The notes under the pieces are model-generated. The model was not told the DNA's origin and searched no databases. It was given only the letters and a program-made list of their open reading frames with translations. Position numbers and translations under genes: made by a program. A stretch of DNA of 43,211 nt from Candidatus Woesearchaeota archaeon. GTDB taxonomy: Archaea; Nanobdellota; Nanobdellia; SCGC-AAA011-G17; GW2011-AR17. The stretch is from NCBI GenBank assembly GCA_964343245.1, contig CAYFIU010000001.1:1-43211 (forward strand), read 5' to 3'. Positions 35,892 through 43,211 of this stretch are shown here, piece by piece. Each line of letters begins with the position of its first letter. The first letter of the stretch is position 1.

Positions 35892-36553
35892 ATTAACACC
35901 TCTGACAACTCTAAGACTTCAACATTAGGATTGTTTTGTTTCAACTGCCCATAACAGCTTGGACACATTGTTATAATTTTTGCCTTCACACCACCCAACC
36001 TTTGTTTTGCCATTTCTTCTGAAACCTTGGGCGAATTATCTTTTATTGGTTGGCCACAACACAAACTCTGACCTTTGCTATACATAAACTCCTTAACACT
36101 AAAACCAAGACTTTTTAGTATTTGCCTAGGCATCTCATAAACCTCGTCAAAATCATACGGGTTGCAGGGATCAAAAATATAAACTTCTTCAGAATACCTC
36201 TTCTTAATTTCCTCAAGATTTTCCAACACTAACTCAGAGATCAACTTAACTTCAACATCATAAAACTTTTTGAACATATAATAACACTTAGGACAGGATG
36301 TAACAATAGTTTTAACACCTTGGTTTGCAAAAAGTTCCTTATTCCTTCTAACAACATCTTTGAAAACATCTTTGTGCCCTGATTCCAAAGCTGGCTTACC
36401 ACAACAAAGCTCCATATCGGGAATTTTGATATAATCTATGTTAAACATTGTTAACAAATGCTCATGCCTTCTTTGTACATCTTTCAACATATGTTTTGGA
36501 ACACAACCGGGATAGTACAAAGTTCTGCCAAATAATCTTCTAAATATACCCAT
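35888..36553 (-). CDS. Cysteine-rich CCG-domain protein (GlcF C-terminal / HdrB-like)
   Basis: Two CCG motifs ('MELCCGKPA', 'QSLCCGQPI'), each followed by 'CP.CY'. Confidence 0.8.
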   Translation of the reverse strand: MGIFRRLFGRTLYYPGCVPKHMLKDVQRRHEHLLTMFNIDYIKIPDMELCCGKPALESGHKDVFKDVVRRNKELFANQGVKTIVTSCPKCYYMFKKFYDVEVKLISELVLENLEEIKKRYSEEVYIFDPCNPYDFDEVYEMPRQILKSLGFSVKEFMYSKGQSLCCGQPIKDNSPKVSEEMAKQRLGGVKAKIITMCPSCYGQLKQNNPNVEVLELSEVLI

Positions 36554-36661
36554 CAGCCATTATTTGAACAGCCAGATTTATAAGCATTTATGAGACAGAA
36601 ATTAGCGATAAAAGGTGATATGTTTTAATATACAAATCTTTAAATACCTTGATCCTAATTC

Positions 36662-37834
36662 ATGATACTTAAAATGGCAAATAAAGATCAAATATTAGCT
36701 GAGCATAAAGAGCAAGTAAGGAGGAATAGGATGAGACCGACATTATTTTGGAAGATTACTACTATAGTATTCTTAATATTATTTATAGGCGCAATATACT
36801 TCAATGGTATGCCAAGTTTTAGCAATGACGTTGGGCAAGATGAAGCTGTACAGACAGCAGTTGCTTTTATTAACGAAAACATGCTAATGGGCCTTGCAAG
36901 TGCAGAAGTGCAAGAAGTATCAGAAGATAAAGGTATGTACAAGATTGACTTGTTAATCACAAGCGATAGCTTGGACTACACCGAAGAATTCACATCATAT
37001 GTTACAAAAGATGGGAAACTACTTTTCCCAACAGCAGTTGACTTAGGCGAACTTCAAGTTCCAGTTGAGGAAGACCCTGTTGTAGAGGATCCTGTTGATG
37101 AAGATCCATTAGCAGAAATTGATTACTCAGGAGATCCAGTTCTAGGAAACCCTGAAGCAACAGTAACAATTGTTGAATACTCAGACTTCGAATGTCCATT
37201 CTGTAGCAATGCATACTGGACAATGAGGCTAATTGAAGAAGATTACGCAGACAGTGTTAAAATTATCTTTAAACAATTCCCACTAAGCTTCCACGCAAAC
37301 GCACAAAAAGCAGCAGAAGCATCTGAATGCGCATTTGACCAGGACATGTTCTGGGAATACCACAACATGCTATTCGAGAACCAGGAAGCACTAAGTGTTG
37401 ACGATCTAAAACAATATGCAGTAGATCTTGGACTTAATACAGAACAATTTAATACATGTTTAGACTCTGGAGAAAAAGCAGATGAGGTTGCACAAGATAT
37501 GGAAGATGGATCAGCACTAGGAGTAACAGGTACACCAGCTTTCTTCATAAATGGCCAAAGCCTTGTAGGTGCACAACCATATGAAGCATTCCAAGCAATC
37601 ATCGATGCAGAACTAGCAACTGAAGAAGAACCTGCTGAAGAGGAACCAGTTGAGGAAGACCCTGTTGTAGAGGATCCTGTTGATGAAGAACCTGTAGAAG
37701 AGGAACCTGCTGAAGAAGAACCAGCTGAGGAAGAGCCTGCTGAAGAACCTACAGGCGAAGAGTGCAGTTCTACAGAAGATTGTCCAGAAAACAGCATTTG
37801 TTTCAGTGGAAATTGTATAGAAATACAAAACTAG
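36662..37834 (+). CDS. Membrane-anchored DsbA-like thiol:disulfide oxidoreductase with acidic Pro/Glu repeats and a Cys-rich C-terminal knot
   Basis: N-terminal TM helix. 'VEYSDFECPFCSNAY' is the CxxC active site. DsbA-fold landmarks ('FPLSFHANA', 'GVTGTPAFFING'). (EEPA/EEPV)n tail. C-terminal CSSTEDCPENSICFSGNC. Confidence 0.75.
   Translation: MILKMANKDQILAEHKEQVRRNRMRPTLFWKITTIVFLILFIGAIYFNGMPSFSNDVGQDEAVQTAVAFINENMLMGLASAEVQEVSEDKGMYKIDLLITSDSLDYTEEFTSYVTKDGKLLFPTAVDLGELQVPVEEDPVVEDPVDEDPLAEIDYSGDPVLGNPEATVTIVEYSDFECPFCSNAYWTMRLIEEDYADSVKIIFKQFPLSFHANAQKAAEASECAFDQDMFWEYHNMLFENQEALSVDDLKQYAVDLGLNTEQFNTCLDSGEKADEVAQDMEDGSALGVTGTPAFFINGQSLVGAQPYEAFQAIIDAELATEEEPAEEEPVEEDPVVEDPVDEEPVEEEPAEEEPAEEEPAEEPTGEECSSTEDCPENSICFSGNCIEIQN
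37061..37104 (+). repeat. Copy 1 of a perfect 44-nt direct repeat inside the DsbA-like gene
   Basis: ccagttgaggaagaccctgttgtagaggatcctgttgatgaaga is identical to 37646-37689. It encodes PVEEDPVVEDPVDE. Confidence 0.9.
37646..37689 (+). repeat. Copy 2 of the perfect 44-nt direct repeat
   Basis: Identical 44-mer, 585 nt downstream of copy 1. The two copies bracket the thioredoxin-fold domain. Confidence 0.9.
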
Positions 37835-39759
37835 TTTAGAAGGTTACCAACATAAACCTTCTTTACATTTTTTATTCTTTTTATTCTTTCAATTATATTC
37901 TGTAAATGTTCTAAACCTGTTGTTTCCATTGTAAAAGAGCATTCAACATTATCTTGCCCTCTTGGCTGTGCATTAGCAGATTTGATTGTTGTATGAAGAG
38001 CAACAAGCGTGTTAAGTATCTCAGCAAACAGACCAACTCTATTCAAAGCATCAACTTTTATTTCAACAAGAGAACCAATGTTAGCTGTCCACTCAACATT
38101 AACCTTTTTCTTTCTTGACCCTAACTTAATCTTCTTAAGTTGTGAACAAGCATGTTTATGAATAGTAACCTTGCCATTGCTTGTGGCATAACCAACTATC
38201 TCTTCACCAGGCAAAGGAGAACAACACTTTGCAATTAATATTTCAGGATTAATTATACCTTCAACATCAATGATCCATGCTTCTAACTCTTTTTTCACAT
38301 CACCAGTTTGTTTAATGGTTTTAACAGGAATGTTTTGCACAGCACGCAAATACTTTTTTATTCTGGATTGTGCTCGAGAAGTTCTAGCAATCTTTAACCA
38401 AGATCTTGAAGGGCGCTGGTTTTTAGCAGTAACAATTTCAACCTTGTCACCATTTTTCAAAGTTGTTCGTAAAGGAGCAAAATGTCCATTAATCTTTCCA
38501 GCAATTGTTCTGTCACCAACATCAGAGTGAACAGCATAAGCAAAATCAAGAACAGTTGCACCAGTTGGCAACTCAATAACTCTTCCTTTTGGTGTAAATG
38601 TAAAAATTTCCCTTTCAAAGAAATCAACATGCAACATCTCCATAAATTCTGTTGCATTTTCACTTTCTTTCTGCCATTCCATAACTTGCTTCATCCAGTT
38701 TAACTTTTCATCAAACTTTTTATCACCTGCAACACCTTTGTATCTCCAGTGTGCAGCAATCCCATCCTCAGCAACCTGATGCATGTCTTGGGTTCTAACT
38801 TGAATCTCAACAGGCTTTTTGTCAGGACCAATAACAACCATGTGCAATGACTGATACCTGTTAGACTTGGGTGTAGCAATATAATCATCAAACTCTTTTG
38901 GAATAGGAGTCCACAAACTATGAACAACACCCATCACCTCATAACACTCTTTAGGATATTTAACAATAATTCTTATCCCAGCAATATCATAAATATCAGA
39001 GAAAGGTTTATCTTTTCTTAACATTTTTTTGTAAATACTATACAAGTGTTTTGGCCTACCACTAATGTCAGCTTCAATTGACTCTCCTTTCAACTGCTCC
39101 CTAAGTGTTTTCTTAACTTTTTCAATTTGTATTTCTCTTTCTTTCTGACTTTGTTGCAGCTTTCTTTTCAAATCTTTGTAAACCTCAGGCTCAAGGTACT
39201 TGAAAGCTAAATCCTCCAATTCCCACTTAATACTAGCAATGCCTAACTTGTAAGCAATAGGGGCATAAATGTTCAGAACCTCTCTAGCAATCCTTTCACA
39301 CTTTTCTTGCCTAAAAACACCAACAGTTCTCATGTTGTGCAATTTGTCAGCAAGTTTGATAAAAATAACTCTAACATCCCTTATTGAAGCAAGGATAACT
39401 TTTCTAACAGTCTCAGCAGTGTACTCTTCAAAACTCATCTCTCTAAGCTTTGTAATCTTTGTAACACCTTCAATAATATTAGCAATCTCTTCCCCAAATT
39501 CAGAGACAATATCTTCTTTAATAACCTCAGTATCCTCAACAACATCATGCAATAAAGCAGCAGAAATAGTGGTAGCTCCTAACTTATGCTCAGCTAAAAT
39601 ATAAGCAACACTCAAAGGATGTTGGATAAAAAGCTCTCCTGAGGACCTTCTTTGCGTACCATGATGCTTCTTTGCAAACTGGTAAGCTTTCCTAATTAGA
39701 TCAAAGTCAGCTTTCTTATCATAACCTTCAATTTTTCTGATAATAGTCCTTAGTTGCAT
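37831..39759 (-). CDS. Long bifunctional RelA/SpoT homologue ((p)ppGpp synthetase/hydrolase: HD-SYNTH-TGS-ZFD-ACT)
   Basis: HD motif 'HGTQRRSSGELFIQHPLSVA...LLHDVVEDT'. Synthetase 'RPKHLYSIYKKM...DIAGIRIIV...YQSLHMVV...VEIQVRTQDMH..AE.GIAAHWRYK'. TGS 'FTPKGRVIELPTGATVLDFAYAVHSDVG'. CCSPLPGE zinc motif and ACT-like C-terminus. Start chosen at Met21 (complement 39757-39759) from TATA spacing. Confidence 0.9.
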   Translation of the reverse strand: MQLRTIIRKIEGYDKKADFDLIRKAYQFAKKHHGTQRRSSGELFIQHPLSVAYILAEHKLGATTISAALLHDVVEDTEVIKEDIVSEFGEEIANIIEGVTKITKLREMSFEEYTAETVRKVILASIRDVRVIFIKLADKLHNMRTVGVFRQEKCERIAREVLNIYAPIAYKLGIASIKWELEDLAFKYLEPEVYKDLKRKLQQSQKEREIQIEKVKKTLREQLKGESIEADISGRPKHLYSIYKKMLRKDKPFSDIYDIAGIRIIVKYPKECYEVMGVVHSLWTPIPKEFDDYIATPKSNRYQSLHMVVIGPDKKPVEIQVRTQDMHQVAEDGIAAHWRYKGVAGDKKFDEKLNWMKQVMEWQKESENATEFMEMLHVDFFEREIFTFTPKGRVIELPTGATVLDFAYAVHSDVGDRTIAGKINGHFAPLRTTLKNGDKVEIVTAKNQRPSRSWLKIARTSRAQSRIKKYLRAVQNIPVKTIKQTGDVKKELEAWIIDVEGIINPEILIAKCCSPLPGEEIVGYATSNGKVTIHKHACSQLKKIKLGSRKKKVNVEWTANIGSLVEIKVDALNRVGLFAEILNTLVALHTTIKSANAQPRGQDNVECSFTMETTGLEHLQNIIERIKRIKNVKKVYVGNLLN

Positions 39760-39783
39760 GGTTTTTAAGAATAAGTAAGAGAG

Positions 39784-39794
39784 ATTTATAAAAG
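39784..39794. promoter_or_regulatory. Shared near-palindromic TATA element between the divergent RSH and E1-like genes
   Basis: atttataaaag is centred about 30 nt from the RSH ATG (leaderless). It is about 50 nt from the E1-like ATG, whose short leader carries SD-like GAAGGAAAAGG. Confidence 0.45.
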
Positions 39795-39838
39795 TTGTCA
39801 TGGAAAGACTTTTAAACAATTGCTGAAGGAAAAGGTAT

Positions 39839-40639
39839 ATGAAAATAGCAATTATTGGCTGTGGAACAACTGGAAATCAAATTATCCCTAAACTAAGAGA
39901 ACATGAGCTCTTAATTATAGACAGGGACCTTGTTGAGGAAAAGAATCTGTCAAGACAAACACAGTTTTCTTCAGACGATGTTGGCAGGCCAAAAGCACAA
40001 GTTTTAGGAGAGAAATTTAAGATTAACTATAAAGTTTTAGACCTAGACTGTACAAATGTTAATATTCTAAATTTTGATCTAGTCATTGACTGCACTGACA
40101 ATTTAATCACTAGATTTTTAATAAATGATTACTGTAAAAAAGAAAACATCCCTTGGATTTACACAGGTGTTGTTGGCGACAGAGGAAGAGTTCTTGGGTT
40201 CACTGGTGATTACTGTTTTAGATGTTTGTTTAAAGAGGTAAAAGGTTTGGACACTTGCACTTCTACAGGTGTTGATTTAGAAGTTGCTGGACAAGTTGGC
40301 AAAATTGCAGTTGAAGAAGCTGAAAGGATTTTGGCTGGAAAAAAACCTAGAGGCTTGTGGGCAGGGGAATGGATCGCAGTTAAGAAAGACAAAGATTGTT
40401 TAGCTTGCAATGGCACCTATGAATACTTGGATAAGAAAGAAGACATTGTAAAGTTTTGTGGCTCTTCAAGGTACCAGTTCAAAGGCAACTTTGACTTTGA
40501 AAACATTAAGAAAAGGTTAGGTGGCTCTGGTGAATACTTTGTATACAAAGACTTTTCCATCTTTAAGGATAGAGTTTTAGTCAAAGCTGACTCTGAAAAA
40601 GAAGCAAAGAAAAAATTTAACGAAGTTATCGGGGCCTGA
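39839..40639 (+). CDS. E1-like adenylyltransferase (ThiF/MoeB/UbaA family)
   Basis: 'IAIIGCGTTGN', 'DRDLVEEKNLSRQ', 'GRPKA' and 'DCTDNLITRFLIND', plus zinc pairs CFRC...CLAC. Confidence 0.8.
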   Translation: MKIAIIGCGTTGNQIIPKLREHELLIIDRDLVEEKNLSRQTQFSSDDVGRPKAQVLGEKFKINYKVLDLDCTNVNILNFDLVIDCTDNLITRFLINDYCKKENIPWIYTGVVGDRGRVLGFTGDYCFRCLFKEVKGLDTCTSTGVDLEVAGQVGKIAVEEAERILAGKKPRGLWAGEWIAVKKDKDCLACNGTYEYLDKKEDIVKFCGSSRYQFKGNFDFENIKKRLGGSGEYFVYKDFSIFKDRVLVKADSEKEAKKKFNEVIGA

Positions 40640-43211
40640 TATCTTTTCTAATCTGTTCAAGGCTAGTTCTGATTTCTCTAAGAAGATTATACATTTGGTT
40701 TGCTAATCGCATCCAGTTTTCTAGCATTTTGTAAAAGTCAGTAATTTTATAAGTATCCCAACCATGCATAGCAAGTATACCATCAATTCTAGATCCATTT
40801 TCCAAGAACCACGATAAATATGTTTTATTTGCTAGAATTGTTCTAATATCTACTCTAGTTAAAGCCACATTGTGAGTTTTTTCAAAGTGTTCTAATAATA
40901 ACTTCAACTCTGCACGCATGTCCTTTCGTGATTTAATTAGATCCAATAAACCTCTCCATAGCCGAGTAATTCTACTCTTAAGGGCTCTAGTATCTTGCAA
41001 TCCACTTAATTGTGAATGCACTTCTAAAAGTTCTACGATTTGGTTATTGAATCTTTTAAGAGTTTTTGGATCAATTTTATTTCTTATTTTTGGATTACCA
41101 AGTTCAAGATTTAATTCTGTGATCCTTCTTCCTAAAGCAAAATAAGAATCTAACTCTCCACTATTAATAAGACCATATAGGAAAGTACCAATACTTGATT
41201 CTTTAGCAAACCAACCTGTCTTAGCTGGTCTTTTAATATATTTGATCATATTAATAATTTTTTCAATGTCTTCATCAATTGGGGGCTCTGGTTCATCTTC
41301 ACCTACTATAACCACATCTTTAACAATGAACAAACCTTTATCATCTTGTTTACCTAGTGCAGTGAAATGGAAAGCAATTTCACAGTCAATATTGTTTTCA
41401 AAATTAGGAGGCCTCCATACAACACTACCTCTCTGACTAGTATGCCCATTAGGAACACCTGGTTGCTCTTCTAAAGGAATATTAGTAAACTTTTGATTCT
41501 CACCAAATCTATAAGCAATGTCCAAAGGTGTACTAAAACCTAAAGCATCTACACCTTCTCCTTTAATTTCCCATTCAAGTTTAATTTCACTTCGAATCTC
41601 CTGATGATCTGTACTAGGATTAATAATATTAACTGTAACTTCAGGAGTTCCCTTTACTAAGGTGCCCTCTTGAAGAGTCAAATCTTTATATTCTCTTGGT
41701 GTTGTAAATGAAAGTGTATACTGGTAAGTGCCAGGCGCTAAATCACTCAGATCAAAAGGATAATAAGCCCATTTTCCATCAATCTCATCTGTTCTTCCTA
41801 CTTTAGTTTGTCCAGCAATAACTAATGCGATATTAACTCCTTTAACAGGTCCACTTTCGCTTGATGCACCTACTGCTAGTATGTTTGGACCAGAAAAAAA
41901 TTGGTGCCTGATCCTTATGTCTCTCTCTTCTTTTCCAGGAATAATAAAGCTAAATTGTTTAGAGATATTTAATTCTGTTTTTCGATCCATTGCTTGAACT
42001 TCAATTATACATTCAGTATCGTCTTCAACTTCAGGAACTTTGTCCCAGGAAATCTGTCCTCTCAAACCACTACCAGGAATTGAAGCAAATCTACTACCAC
42101 CAACATTTATTCTTATTGATATAATTGGATTGACGCTATTATCAGTGAACCCAGTAACTTCCCATTTAATGTTTTGGGGATTTGTTATTGGTTCACCTTC
42201 AACAGGACTATGTAATATAATCTCATGAGGGTAAGCACTAATTTTAAAGGCCTTACTTTCAGCTTGCCCTAGTTCATTATTATCTTGATCAAACGCAGCA
42301 ACTAGCAAAAATGCTTCATCTGCTTCTTTGTCTGGCACAGTCCATTCAACACTTCTTGCTGTTCCTATTTCACTATTTGCAACTTCCCAGCCAGTATTTT
42401 TTGTTGCGAAATACAGAACATAATAACTAACATCTGTAGGATCATTTACATCCCATGTAACTGTAATCTTTTTCCCAACATGAACATTATCTTTATCAGT
42501 AGGAACATTTGTAAACCAAATCTTAAAAGCTCCATCTGTAGGACCAACAGTGATTTTACCAGTAAGCATTCTTGGAGCATCATAAACATCATTGCCCTCT
42601 ACATTTACAGTAAAAGAGTAGGGTTCTTCCCTAGCAGTTAAACCTGTAATAGGAATTTCAGCTCTAGAAGGGACATTATGCTCTCCTCTTTCAGTTTGTT
42701 TTTCATAATCCTCACCATTACAGTTAACCTTTACAGCAAGTTCATTAACTCCTCCTCCACTATCATCAACACTAACAATAAGATTAACAGACTCACCTTG
42801 GTTTATATTAAATTCATACTGGTTAAGCTCAACATTCAACATTCCTTGAGTTCCTTTGATATCAAATGGTTTAGGACTATCATCCTTACCAAGCTCATCA
42901 TCTTTATCAAAAGCAGTAATCCTTAAGAAACACCTATGTCCAATAGCATTCCTTGGAACATTCCAATGTGTTGTTCTTTTCCCTCCTCTCACACTCTTAA
43001 TCATTTCAAAACTATGCTTATTATCATAAGAAACTTCAATTTGAAACTTTGTAACGCTAGCAGCAGGATCAACAACATCCCAAGCTAAATCCACTTTTTT
43101 TTGTGGCTCAATAGTTTCATCAGAAGGAACCTCTGTCCACTTGACAACTTCACCAGCTTTTGTAATAGTTATTGTTCCATCAAGTGTAATGCCTCCATTA
43201 TCAACACCAAC
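40626..43211 (-). CDS. Giant beta-sandwich repeat protein with C-terminal all-helical domain (N-terminus off the right edge)
   Basis: The frame is open to the window end, upstream of the track's first Met (…VGVDNGGITLDGTITITKAGEVVKWTEVPSDETIEPQKKVDLAWDV…). At least 5 modules of about 100 aa share a 'I.(V/L).W(D/E)V ... (V/H)W.VP ... AFD' pattern. The last 215 aa or so are helical with no TM segment. Confidence 0.7.
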   Translation of the reverse strand, partial: VGVDNGGITLDGTITITKAGEVVKWTEVPSDETIEPQKKVDLAWDVVDPAASVTKFQIEVSYDNKHSFEMIKSVRGGKRTTHWNVPRNAIGHRCFLRITAFDKDDELGKDDSPKPFDIKGTQGMLNVELNQYEFNINQGESVNLIVSVDDSGGGVNELAVKVNCNGEDYEKQTERGEHNVPSRAEIPITGLTAREEPYSFTVNVEGNDVYDAPRMLTGKITVGPTDGAFKIWFTNVPTDKDNVHVGKKITVTWDVNDPTDVSYYVLYFATKNTGWEVANSEIGTARSVEWTVPDKEADEAFLLVAAFDQDNNELGQAESKAFKISAYPHEIILHSPVEGEPITNPQNIKWEVTGFTDNSVNPIISIRINVGGSRFASIPGSGLRGQISWDKVPEVEDDTECIIEVQAMDRKTELNISKQFSFIIPGKEERDIRIRHQFFSGPNILAVGASSESGPVKGVNIALVIAGQTKVGRTDEIDGKWAYYPFDLSDLAPGTYQYTLSFTTPREYKDLTLQEGTLVKGTPEVTVNIINPSTDHQEIRSEIKLEWEIKGEGVDALGFSTPLDIAYRFGENQKFTNIPLEEQPGVPNGHTSQRGSVVWRPPNFENNIDCEIAFHFTALGKQDDKGLFIVKDVVIVGEDEPEPPIDEDIEKIINMIKYIKRPAKTGWFAKESSIGTFLYGLINSGELDSYFALGRRITELNLELGNPKIRNKIDPKTLKRFNNQIVELLEVHSQLSGLQDTRALKSRITRLWRGLLDLIKSRKDMRAELKLLLEHFEKTHNVALTRVDIRTILANKTYLSWFLENGSRIDGILAMHGWDTYKITDFYKMLENWMRLANQMYNLLREIRTSLEQIRKDIRPR

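Noticed and set aside
37610-37760. Short tandem nucleotide repeats (gaagaacctgctgaagag...) that could look like a minisatellite or degenerate CRISPR.
   Set aside because: Units are 12-24 nt, in frame and imperfect, and encode (EEPA/EEPV)n within a clear ORF. There is no spacer/repeat alternation and no cas genes are present.
37243-37828. Ser/Gly-rich 184-aa and 71-aa ORFs on the minus strand.
   Set aside because: They are antisense shadows of the acidic (GAA/GAG-rich) repeat region of the DsbA-like gene. They are low-complexity, with no start context or promoter.

Overview
AT-rich, very gene-dense fragment with short or overlapping intergenic gaps. From gene content I read it as a small-genome archaeon, most likely DPANN-like; this is an inference, since no rRNA is present to confirm it. 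Archaeal/eukaryal-type translation genes are present: the L7Ae-S28e-L24e-NDK cluster, S6e, aIF2-gamma, aIF5B and ABCE1/RLI. They sit among bacterial-type modules: GrpE-DnaK-DnaJ, a zinc-lid adenylate kinase, a MacB/FtsX ABC exporter with a COG1361-like surface protein, and a full-length RelA/SpoT homologue. Other content includes nucleotide-salvage genes (adk, tdk, ndk, small P-loop kinases), a GlcD/GlcF-like oxidoreductase set, a DsbA-like protein, an E1-like enzyme, a RelE-type TA pair and many orphan ORFs. I saw no rRNA, CRISPR array, cas gene, integrase or transposase. Most first-in-operon genes have a TATA box (consensus about CTTTATAAA) centred about 27 nt upstream of the ATG, implying leaderless mRNAs; I used this to refine several start codons. 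The most unusual items follow. (1) A tRNA-like gene at 13922-14173 has a perfect acceptor stem and T-arm, but about 175 nt of structured insert separates its ends. This suggests a multi-intron or shattered tRNA. It lies 52 nt from a LAGLIDADG homing-endonuclease gene that is broken by a 20-nt insertion. (2) A tandem pair of orphan paralogs (19886-21077) carries repeated 'YLxGEG' motifs reminiscent of LAGLIDADG helices, and one copy is frame-broken. (3) An orphan three-gene operon (2040-3661) ends in an RNA-polymerase-alpha-CTD-like HhH protein and is divergent from a tandem Lrp/AsnC regulator. (4) A complete long RSH (ppGpp synthetase/hydrolase) sits in an archaeal context. (5) A giant repeat protein of more than 860 aa has a non-membrane helical C-terminus. 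All functional calls come from reading motifs by eye; no database search was possible.
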